Source of the DNA: Leptogorgia sarmentosa
Taxonomy: Eukaryota
Length of the DNA stretch: 64,000 nucleotides
NCBI GenBank assembly: GCA_964658305.1
Contig: OZ210885.1
Span: forward strand, 26,412,001-26,476,000
Direction of reading: 5' to 3'
Positions within the stretch are counted from its first letter, which is position 1. The number at the start of each line of letters is the position of its first letter. The notes below the pieces were generated by a model that saw nothing but the letters and a program-made list of their open reading frames with translations, did not search any database and was not told the origin of the DNA. This document shows, one piece after another, positions 45,667 through 55,940 of the stretch. The position numbers and the translations under genes are program-made.

Positions 45667-45924
45667 TGTGTTTATTCCCTCTTCTTCTTCGACAACGCAT
45701 AATTAAATTGCTTGCGGTTTCGTGTTACGCTGTTACTCAATCTTGCTAATCATCTTTCAGCACCTGTAAATATAATGGAACGTGGAACCAAGGTCGAAAT
45801 TCTTTCGTACATCGAAACGGTACTCAGAATCTACAGATGAGCCTCGTGAACTATGATCCTGAATTCCTCAACAAGTAGTCTTATCATTGCTGTAGTCTAT
45901 TTTTTTTACCGTGAATTATAAATA

Positions 45925-45996
45925 GGGTCTGTGGTGTAATGGTTAGCAATTTGGACTCTCAATCCAAGAATCCGAGTTCAAGTCTCGGCAGGACCT
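45925..45996 (+). tRNA. tRNA-Gln body with a CTC (Glu) anticodon, probably a pseudogene
   Basis: ttgga-ctCTCaa-tccaa, versus ctCTGaa in paralogues. Confidence 0.65.
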
Positions 45997-46179
45997 TTGG
46001 TATGTCGATCCTGGGAACAAATATCAATTTTGGGAACTATTTTTATAATTCACCCTAACCCACGCCATCGCTGGTACCACAAACCAGCGCCTTAGACCAC
46101 TCGGCCACACTACCAAAGATATTGCCAGCATCATACTTGTTAGGAAATCAAATAAGACGGTAAAAAAACAACCAACTTC

Positions 46180-46251
46180 TGCGTTGACCGGGAGTCGAAC
46201 CCGGATCTATTGCTTGGAAGGCAACAATGCTAGCCATTACACCATCAACGC
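46180..46251 (-). tRNA. tRNA-Gly(TCC)
   Basis: Intact inverted copy. Confidence 0.85.
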
Positions 46252-46478
46252 TGTGTCAATTTCATATTCTTGTTTAAATTTGCCTTTTTTTAGAGAGGGG
46301 ATGATGCACGAAACAAGGTATTTACGTATTACCTTCATCTAAGTTTATGAATTGTGTAGACAATTTATTTTCTTTGGCAGTGGTGGAATTCGAACCAATG
46401 CCATTGAAATGACTGACGGTGACTAACGCTGTTCTTCTTCTTGTCGTTAGCAGTGAAAATATCAAGAACAAAATGCAT

Positions 46479-46560
46479 TGGCAGTGGTGGGATTCGAACC
46501 CACGCCATCGAAATGACTGGTGCCTTAAACCAGCGCCTTAGACCGCTCGGCCACACTACC
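46479..46560 (-). tRNA. tRNA-Leu(AAG)
   Basis: Intact cloverleaf; inverted paralogue of the 10157 gene. Confidence 0.9.
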
Positions 46561-46637
46561 GCTGTTGTTCCTCTCTTTGGTTATGAAGAAACCAATTTTC
46601 TTCAGTTACAAGTAATAGTTTTTCCAAGAAAATTAAA

Positions 46638-46719
46638 TGGCAGTGGTGGAATTCGAACACACGCCTTCGAAATGACTGGTGCCTTAAACCAGCGCCTTAG
46701 ACCACTCGGCCGCACTACC
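46638..46719 (-). tRNA. tRNA-Leu(AAG)
   Basis: Inverted paralogue of the 9998 gene. Confidence 0.75.
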
Positions 46720-46998
46720 GATGTTATTCCGCACATTGGCAATAAAGAAACAGTCGTCGTACCTCAACCAATTTCCTGTAGTTACCAGTAATAAATTTTC
46801 AAAAAAAAATTATTACTAGTAACTACAGAAAATCGGCAGAGTGGGGTTGCAACCCACGGCATCGAAATGACTGGTGCCTGAAAGCAGCCTCTTAAACCAC
46901 TCGGCAAACGCTACAAAGGATGTTGCCCGGAATTGTAAAAAAATCTAATGTTTGTTATTGTTATCAATGAAGTCTGAAATACAAAAAGCTAATTCTTC

Positions 46999-47070
46999 TG
47001 CGTTGACCGGGAGTCGAACCCGGATCTATTGCTTGGAAGGCAACAATGCTAGCCATTACACCATCAACGC
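46999..47070 (-). tRNA. tRNA-Gly(TCC)
   Basis: Intact inverted copy. Confidence 0.85.
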
Positions 47071-47158
47071 TGTGTTTATTCCCTCTTTTCTGGTATATTT
47101 GTTTTCTTTTCGAAACGGTATCATGTAAGAAAAAGTAAAAATTCATCCAGCACATTCT

Positions 47159-47260
47159 TATCAGGTGTGGGATTCGAACCCACGCCCACAAATGTGGATC
47201 AGAAAACTTAAGCGGAGTTGTTCTTAAGTCTGGCGCCTTCGACCGCTCGGCCAACCTGAC
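47159..47260 (-). tRNA. tRNA-Leu(TAA) with an 18-nt intron
   Basis: Inverted paralogue of the 9488 gene. Confidence 0.75.
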
Positions 47261-47741
47261 TTTACGTGTTCTTCTTGGTGTTATCTTCAAAAAAGCTCAG
47301 TTGAAGGGCAAACTTGGGAAATGAAATTCGCCTCTTGGGAACAGCCAAGACAGTTTTTTGTTAATCTAATTATTTCAATAGTGAATAAAAACTGTTTCTG
47401 TGGTGTAATGGTCAGCACTTTAGTATCTGAATCCGAGTTCAAGTCTCGGCAGGACCTTTGATGAGTATGTCGATCCAGAACACTAAGAACAATTTTGGAA
47501 ACCGACTATTTTTCTAATCCAGCCATACAATTTACTTCTTCCATTGGGTATAATAATACAAGGTATTTATATGTACTACCTTCATCTGAGATTTCTGATT
47601 GGGTAGACAAAACCAGGGCCTTAGAAAACTCGGCCACACTAGCGGGTTCGTTTTTTATCTGTCATAGTTTTCAACCGGGAGGTGATTCGATCGTTACAAG
47701 AATTAGAATTTCTTGATATTCACATGGCGTAGGTATTTAGT

Positions 47742-47814
47742 GGCCTCATGGCCTAACGGATAAGGCGTCTCACTTCGGATGAGAAGATTCCAGGTTCGAA
47801 TCCTGGTGGGGTCG
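47742..47814 (+). tRNA. tRNA-Arg(TCG)
   Basis: Intact cloverleaf. Confidence 0.88.
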
Positions 47815-48248
47815 CAGTTTTCTCTCATTTCTCTAAATCTACGTTTGGATGAGAAGAAATATCGTTAAGACGAAGTACAGGAAAGTGTGTGACTGGAATT
47901 CTTGAGGATCGTCCTTAAACTCCTTATATTTTTTATCTTCAATAATCTTCATCCTACAGACATTTTTGAATGATGTGCAAGTTCGATAAAAATTTCAATC
48001 CTTAACAGGTATAATAGACTTTAATGGAGATGGGCAAAGTGTCACCACTGGCCCGTTAGCTCAGTAGGCAGGGCGTGGTGCTAATAACGCTAAGGTCGTG
48101 AGTTCGATCCTTGCATGGGCCACGACATGGTTTCGATGGGAATTCGATTAGTGTAGCTTGTCATGGGCGCCCGAAATAAATTTGCTTTTTCAATGGAAAT
48201 GTAGTTTGGTTCTCCACACTATGCGCACCAGAAGGCTTTTGTGCCATA

Positions 48249-48321
48249 GGCCCCGTGGCCCAATGGATAAGGTGTCTGACTACGGATCAGAAGATTCCAG
48301 GTTCGAATCCTGGTGGGTTCG
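48249..48321 (+). tRNA. tRNA-Arg(ACG)
   Basis: ggccccgtggcccaatggataaggtgtctgactACGgatcagaagattccaggttcgaatcctggtgggttcg. Confidence 0.8.
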
Positions 48322-48412
48322 TTTTGTATCTGTCATAGTTTTCAAACGGGAGGTGATTGGATCGTTACAAGCATTAGAATTTCTTGATATTCAGAGGGCG
48401 TAGGTATTTGGT

Positions 48413-48485
48413 GGCCTCATGGCCTAACGCATAAGGCGTCTCACTTCGGATGAGAAGATTCCAGGTTCGAATCCTGGTGAGGTCG
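48413..48485 (+). tRNA. tRNA-Arg(TCG), D-loop mutated
   Basis: ggcctcatggcctaacgcataaggcgtctcactTCGgatgag... Confidence 0.7.
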
Positions 48486-48626
48486 CTGCCTTCTCTCTCA
48501 ATCTGTGTTGTTGGGTAAGTCTGTGTTGTTGGGTAAGGACAAGTATCGGTAGGACGAAAAACAGGAAAGTTTTGTGACTGGAATTCTGGAGGATCGTCCT
48601 TAAACTCCTTATATTTTTTATCTTGA

Positions 48627-49615
48627 ATAATAATAATAATAATCTGTTTATTAAACCAAATTGCAGTTTAAAAACTGAATTACATGGATTTACCTATATT
48701 TAACAGTTATAAAATTTTTAAAACGTTCCGTATTTACACGTGGTTTGCTAACTGACGCATGCCTTAATCCATAATCATGACTATGTACATAGTTTGTGAC
48801 AGCATTTTTGATTGGATTATTCGCATCACCGTTGATATTAAGCTTATTCATAAATGTCTTGCATAGTTCTTGTCTACGTACAGCCACTGTTTGTAGTCCA
48901 ACACGATCCAACGCTTCAGTATATGGGGTTTCAGGAACAATGATGCGAAGCGCTCTTTTCTGAATAGTTTCAATAAGATCTGACTGTTGCTTCGTTAATG
49001 CAGACCATGCTGGGGAAGCATACTGAATACAGGATCTAATAAAGGTCGAATAGATATAGACCAAGTTTTTTTCACTCAGTCAAGCCTTTTTTAACTGGCG
49101 TACAGCGTACAATCAGGAGCTACATTTTTTATAAACATAGTCAATATGATCCCACCATGAAAAGTCATCTCTGAGCATCATACCGAGAAATTTAAATGTG
49201 TTCACAGACTGCACCAAAGACCCGTCAATGTATATTGGATTGTTATGTGGTAGATGATATTCAAGGAAAGATATAGTCATTTCCTTACACTTCTTTGGGT
49301 CGAGTTTCATTTACTCTGGCGGACGCGAAATGAAAAATTTCGTTCACAAGAGCAGGCATCAGGCTGGGAGAGCAGCGAGGAATAACTTACAAGGCAGTTG
49401 TATCATCAACAAATTTGATTCGTGCGTTCCAATCCTTTAAGAGAATTCACCAGAACGGCAAACAAAAAGGGCCCAAGTTTTGTCCCTTGTGGTAAAGCAC
49501 CTTTGACACGTTTCCACGATGACGTAATGGAGGGGTCAACTTTAACACCCTGCTCACGACAGGATAGAAAGGATATTACCCATCTTATTAATGCTCTATT
49601 AACTTGAAGCTCCTG
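48627..49615 (-). mobile_element. 5'-truncated, decayed non-LTR retrotransposon (CR1/L2-group reverse transcriptase 3' part)
   Basis: Minus-strand PQGTKLGPFLF, KFVDD, MKLDPKKCKEM, FKFLG, IYSTFIRSCIQYASPAW, IQKRALRII; (ATT)n 3' tail at 48627-48643. Confidence 0.88.
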
Positions 49616-50332
49616 TGAAGTACAATCAACAATCTGAGATCAGAAGAAAACTATTCGGAGCCTTCGAATAGTTCTGCAAATGAAATCCTAATTGGAAAAG
49701 CAATAAACGGACCTCAGCCACGTACACACGTTCAAATTTGCTTTTGTTTTTATTGATCATTGTATGTACAATGATCAAATCATTTCATTTGCGATTCAAA
49801 TCTTTATTTTATTTATTAAAAATAATACGTGTTCAAATAATACACAGGCATTCGTCATCGACAAAAAATTCTCATAGATAAGGCAAGAAATTCGGCGGAA
49901 TAATTTTAATAAGACTCGTCCTCAGAACGTTTGCGTTTGTTTCAGCATTTGTGCATGAGGTTTCAAATTTCCGAATTTTTCGGGGAAGCATGCCCCCAGA
50001 CCCTTCCAGACCCCCCGAAAAATTCAATTCGGGAAATTCGGGCACCGATTTTGAGCATAATTCGGGCAAAAATTTGAGGAGTAAGGTAATGTCAACAATC
50101 CTCCAGTCGTTCACCTGAACGACCGTTCCAAGAAAGTGGAGTTAGGACTCTGAAATCGCCGTTTTTGGCAATCCAGAGGTTGTAAAAGTTCAAAAATTTC
50201 TCGCTCAGCGCCAACCATGGTGGCGCCTCGTGACATTTGTTACCCTCAAATTCAGGCAAAGATCTTTCTGCCACCCCCCTGAAAAAATGTAGCCCGTACG
50301 CTTATGGGACGGATTGACGCCCTTGGTAGCTA

Positions 50333-51243
50333 GTAACGAGATGGGAATGTATTTGTAATCTCAGTAGTTGTTAAAGTAACGAGATGGGAATGTATTTGTA
50401 ATCTCAGTAGTTGTTAAAGTAACGAGATGGGAATGTATTTTTAATCTCAGTAGTTGTTAAAGTAACGAGATGGGAATGTATTTGTAATCTCAGTAGTTGT
50501 TAAAGTAACGAGATGGGAATGTATTTGTAATCTCAGTAGTTGTTAAAGTAACGAGATGGGAATGTATTTTTAATCTCAGTAGTTGTTAAAGTAACGAGAT
50601 GGGAATGTATTTGTAATCTCAGTAGTTGTTAAAGTAACGAGATGGGAATGTATTTGTAATCTCAGTAGTTGTTAAAGTAACGAGGTGGGAATGTATTTCT
50701 AATCTCAGTAGTTGTTAAAGTAACGAGATGGGAATGTATTTGTAATCTCAGTAGTTGTTAAAGTAACGAGATGGGAATGTATTTCTAATCTCAGTAGTTG
50801 TTAAAGTAACGAGATGGGAATGTATTTCTAATCTCAGTAGTTGTTAAAGTAACGAGATGGGAATGTATTTCTAATCTCAGTAGTTGTTAAAGTAACGAGA
50901 TGGGAATGTATTTCTAATCTCAGTAGTTGTTAAAGTAACGAGATGGGAATGTATTTGTAATCTCAGTAGTTATTAAAGTAACGAGATGGGATAACGATCT
51001 CAGTAGTTGTTAAAGTAACGAGATGGGAATGTATTTCTAATCTCAGTAGTTGTTAAAGTAACGAGATGGGAATGTATTTCTAATCTCAGTAGTTGTTAAA
51101 GTAACGAGATGGGAATGTATTTGTAATCTCAGTAGTTATTAAAGTAACGAGATGGGAATGTATTTGTAATCTGAGTACTTGTTAATGTAACGAGATGGTA
51201 ATGTATTTCTAATCTTAGTAGTTGTTAAGGTAACGAGATGGGA
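50333..51243. repeat. 43-bp minisatellite, ~21 copies
   Basis: gtaacgagatgggaatgtatttgtaatctcagtagttgttaaa, period 43. Confidence 0.95.
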
Positions 51244-51725
51244 AATCGTGCTTACCATAATTATGTTGCATGAAAGTTTAGGAAAATATTACAATGTGCT
51301 AAAATGGAACTAAAAAACCATTTGCACAAACTATATGTGGTTATTCTTTTGTGGTAGAAGTTTAATGCGAATATGCGACCACATTACACTGCAACATCTT
51401 TTATTTTGCGAGATGGATCTCAAATCGATCTCAGACCGCCTCTTCAAGCCAGCTAACTGAAATCGATGTGAGATCGATCCGAAGTTTTCGGCGACAGTTC
51501 ACACTTGGCATGCTTTGTCCTAGACCGATCGGAGATCGATTTTACAATGTAGTATGAAGTGTGAACAGGCCCTATGGCAACATGGTCATTTCTACGATTT
51601 CAGTTCCATGATGTATCAACAAATGTAGTCGCATTCCCGAAGAAGGCATTCGCAGTTTTGGTAATGTAACTTAGATATCCGTGTGAAAAATAATGCAACA
51701 ATTATTGCTGAAAAAGTTATTGTCC

Positions 51726-52990
51726 CTAGTCAGAATCGTCGGCTGAGGTTTCCTCTGCACAAGACTCACTTGATTTGTCGTCGCAGTCGACAGGTGTGCT
51801 GTTATTTGGCGTAGGAATGCTGAATTCAACATTTTCGAGTGGTATGTAAGTTTTGAGTGAGGAATGCATCGAGAGAAGACGATTTTGGAAAATTTTCTGT
51901 TCCGATTTGAGCAATGAAATTGAACCAAGAGCGTATAGAGAACTGTTCTATGCGTTCCGACACGTTTCTATATTTCCTCAATTTTGTAGTACGAAAATGC
52001 ACGTGTCATCTCTTGCTCGACTAGTTTTATCTCCTCTTCACTTCTTTTCAAAAGATGAAGCATATCAATGGCTTGACGTTGAACAGAGTAGGGGATTTGG
52101 ACATCTTGACCAGCAGGGAACAATCCAGTTAGTTCTGTTGAAAGGTCACCAACTTGCAGTTCTTTAAATTTACGTCTGTTTTCGGCGGATAGAGAATCAC
52201 GGGAAGTTATATTGCGTCAACATTTCTTTTAATTTCTTGGTACAATTCTTTACTTGTTTAGCAAGTTTTTTTGATAAAGCATGACCATCTGGAAACAAAA
52301 ATGCATGAGGTAATACATTTGAATGTTATATTAATTGATAAAAAGTAATTTCACGCAAATGCGCATATATACACAGGCATGCAGTAAACATGTTACCAGA
52401 ATATTTCTCTTTCAGTTTTAACAAAAATTGACGTTCTTGGGACAGGGGTTTCATTTTTTCAACAAGTTGTTTGCATTTGGCAACCACTTGTATTTACAAT
52501 GCTGCTTTGTACTGTTGATCGCTTGGCGTCCAACGAACATCAACTAGGTTAGTCTTTTCAACAGCAACCAAGTCTTTATCAAGTCTAAAACATGTTAAAT
52601 AAGATAATTTTACAGTCACGTGCTGCTAAAACATATCCAATGTAAAATTAATGTTGTTATAAATTACTTCGAAATTCGTTTCACAACATCTGGTATTTGC
52701 TCATTTTCGACTGATCCTTCTGCGCATAAGTTGTTTCTATATTTAGAAAGAACAACCATCACTTCATAGTTCACATAAAATAGCAGTCTTACTAAGAATA
52801 ACCTGAACATCATGGGGGGAAAAGAAAAGAAAAATATTTGTGGCATGTGGCATTATGAACCAGAGTACTATATAGCTATACCTCAACGAATAATAAACTT
52901 TCAACTTGTCCACATAAGTCGATGTCCACATTTGAAGTTCTGCTGCGACGCTTCGGTTAGTGTCTTCAGTCGATCCTATAGCCAAGACGT
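51726..52990 (-). pseudogene. Decayed multi-exon gene resembling the C-terminal part of a KDZ/Zisupton-type transposase
   Basis: Exon readings WTSTYVDKLKVYYSL; LVAVEK...VRWTPSDQQYKAAL*...QERQFLLKLKEKYS-DGHALSKKLAKQV; IPYSVQRQAIDMLHLLKRSEEEIKLVEQEM; GT/AG junctions; internal stops. Family call is from motif memory only. Confidence 0.45.
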
Positions 52991-53191
52991 TATATACGTA
53001 TAATAAGGAATGAAAAATGACACAAAACGATTTACAGTATTTATACTGAAGGTTTTGGGAGAAAATTGAAAGCAGATGAACTTAGACTAAACATATTATA
53101 TCTTCAAACAACGGACGCTTACTCCGATACATATGAGTAGCCGAAACATAACTCTTGATAATCTCGCATCTCACTCACGGCAACACAAGCA

Positions 53192-54435
53192 TTACGTACA
53201 TGACAAGCAGATCTTCATTTCATCCTGCAGCCTTGTTTCCTCCGTCAGCTCAATATTTCTTTGCAGTGGACGAATATATATTCTGCCATTGCCGAAACAT
53301 CTAATCTGCTCTGTGTTGCAGCTCCCATGGGAGACAACCTTGAGTTGTTTCCTTGCCTTTTCCTGACTTATCATTAGTTCAAATCCTCCAGTATAGAGGA
53401 TAAGCTCTAAATAGAATCCACAACGTACTCTTTGTTGTGAGTCGAAACATCTCAATACCATGCACTTTTTTGAAAGCACTAGATCTAAAGTATTCTTACT
53501 CGTAGATGAGATCCTTAACGCCAGCGGCAGAAGCAGATACAGGAAAAGATATCCGCTTTTCCCCAAGACCATTCTGATGAAGTTCCAACTTTTCAGAGGA
53601 GGATGGGGCGGCCACTGTTGCCATGCACTTTTTTGAAAGCACTAGATCTAAAGTATTCTTACTCGTAGATGAGATCCTTAACGCCAGCGGCAGAAGCAGA
53701 TACAGGAAAAGATATCCGCTTTTCCCCAAGACCATTCTGATGAAGTTCCAACTTTTCAGAGGAGGATGGGGCGGCCACTGTTGTCGTGTCAGCAAATCAA
53801 AACATTGTCCTTGTTAAAGTTTTTTCTGAAAGAAAACCAACATAACTATAAGTTGTTTTCAATGAAACATGAAATATTTTAATTTTTGATTTTGCAGAAC
53901 AATACCTTTCCTGGCTGGTGGACGTCGTCTTGTTAGTGACGTTTGCCTTCCTGAATATGGTTGTACCCTCTATATATATGTAATAAACCAAAATTGGTGG
54001 TCGGTGAAATCAGCGGAAACAGCGTTTATATAATCAACATCATTACATTGTAAAAAATAGGTACGCAAAGCGTACTTCAGTTCAAACTATTAAAGAAATC
54101 TTAATTGAAAAAAAACTAAAACAAAAAAGAAAGAAATTAAAATAAATTCAAGATTTCTTCAATTCTATTTACATGAAATTCGCGTAACAATGCGGAAACA
54201 CCGTACTAATATTGAGCAATGCAACTGCAATCATTGCCTGCAATACACGAAGTGAATTATACAAGACCGAAACGGCGAAATTTGTCCCCCTGTTGTTTTA
54301 AATAATTTGTTAAATTACAATTGCACATTCCCTGGAACTCAGAAAGTCAAAATTGTCTAATTAACCATTCGTATTTCAACACATTTTCTCAGTAAAAACA
54401 TTTCAACATCGCCTTCACTCCTCCACGGCCGCCAT
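53192..54435 (-). pseudogene. Spliced gene relic with a GLGEK...GGFEL...IYIRPLQ domain (resembles the N-terminus of transposon-associated G2E3-like proteins)
   Basis: LELHQNGLGEKRISFP...VKDLIYE|gtaag; TGGFELM...GRIYIRPLQRNIEL; candidate start aaaATGGCGG at 54435. Confidence 0.45.
53458..53783. repeat. 163-bp tandem duplication covering an exon and its splice donor
   Basis: ccatgcacttttttgaaagc at 53458 and 53621. Confidence 0.9.
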
Positions 54436-54461
54436 TTTGCATCGCCGCTGATTGGCTGCAA

Positions 54462-54524
54462 GTGAACAGTGAACAGTGAACAGTGAACAGTGAACGGTGA
54501 CCAGTGAACAGTGAACAGTGAACA
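54462..54524. repeat. (gtgaaca)n 7-bp repeat, ~9 copies
   Basis: Directly visible. Confidence 0.9.
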
Positions 54525-55940
54525 GAGTCGATAGCATATTATCTGCGCCAGTGCAGATACAAAAACAACTTCTTCCGAATTAATACCAGCTAGGGTAAGC
54601 ACCATATATAAGTATTGGTACATCTTTGCCTATTGGGTACATCTTAACGCTCACAGTATACCAAAACTGCGGACCGATACGGCCATTCTTTAACAATTAA
54701 AGTTAAAAAAATACCGATTGTCTGCTAAATAACCGTCTATGTTCTTGTATCGAGGCTTGGCGAGCATTGCTTGGCGCATTTGCTTCTTGTGGCACCGTTG
54801 TTGGATTTCTGGGGGCGCCATTTGCTGGTTCAGATACTCCGGCTTACTTGAGGGAGATTCTGCCCGGATGTCGAGGGTTGATCTGTCGTTGATGTTCGTG
54901 TTGTGTGTCCATTTGGTGTACTTGAGTTCTGTAAGAGCTGCACGACCTGCATATTTGCTGTCTGTTGATTAATATCACTCTAGTAAATTGTAAAAAGAAT
55001 TGTGACAATGTCACATATAAGAATTGTTATCACTGCAATGTCAATTATGTATAAGATAATAGCTACTGTACTGTGCGTGAAAGCTGGCAGTGTGTTTTAG
55101 TATGAGGAGCTAGTACATGGCCAGCGTTCACACACAGAATTGAGTATTGTATATTGCATCCAGGATCCTTACCATTGATAGACACAGTCCTGTCTTTTAT
55201 TTGAATTCCAATCATGAATGCAATGAATAAAGCCTACCTATATAGCACGTGAAAACAATATAGTCAGAATTAGTGAGAAATTTCAAATTGAGCATCAAAT
55301 CAACACAACTGCTCTCCTCTATTTCAAACTGAATAGCTGAAAACGGATATGGTACACTTAACTGTGTAAACAGGTACAAAACGTTAAACGTTACAAAATC
55401 CGAGTTGGCGTCTTTAATTCCGGAATTCCTTTTTAGATAAGCAATGAATGCCATTCGTCTTCAACTAGAAGTAGCGCCTGTAATATAGCTCCTCCGGCAT
55501 GCGATTGAAATGTATCCCATAAGGTAAAATAAAGGGAGATACAGTTGGTCTGGAAAAACCTTATCTTTATAAAGCAGATTTGTAGGAACCGGAGGGGGGT
55601 CGGCCGCCCAATTTTGAAAACGTTCCTACGTCCGTTATAAACCTTTCCAAAGCGGGGCCGAACTGGCTAAATTCTATGCCTTTCTTTAACAGGGCAACAC
55701 CTGGTGCCTTGGGAATGTTTGCTAAATGAACAAAGCTATTACTTTTCGAACAGTACGTCCTAGACCCAAATTACAACCGGTGCGCACGAAAACCTGCGCG
55801 GCCGGTAAATCACTTTTCACGCGTCGCACAAAGAATTCGAACTTTAGGCACGGTGGTTTGGGTAGCCATGGCATAAAATTTGGACACTGCATGCGCAAAC
55901 GTAAATATATATGTATAAACGTATATATATATGTATACAA

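Noticed and set aside
7911..48403. Many 60-120-aa ORFs recurring through the cluster (e.g. WVRIPPLP, RIRTWNLL)
   Set aside because: Chance readings through tRNA genes and duplicated spacers
7740..48620. tRNA-derived SINE family
   Set aside because: Copies are full tRNA genes with conserved upstream and downstream spacers in fixed order, without A-rich tails or TSDs, which indicates DNA-level duplication
50333..51243. CRISPR-like regular repeat array
   Set aside because: Units are head-to-tail with no unique spacers, there are no cas genes, and the context is eukaryotic
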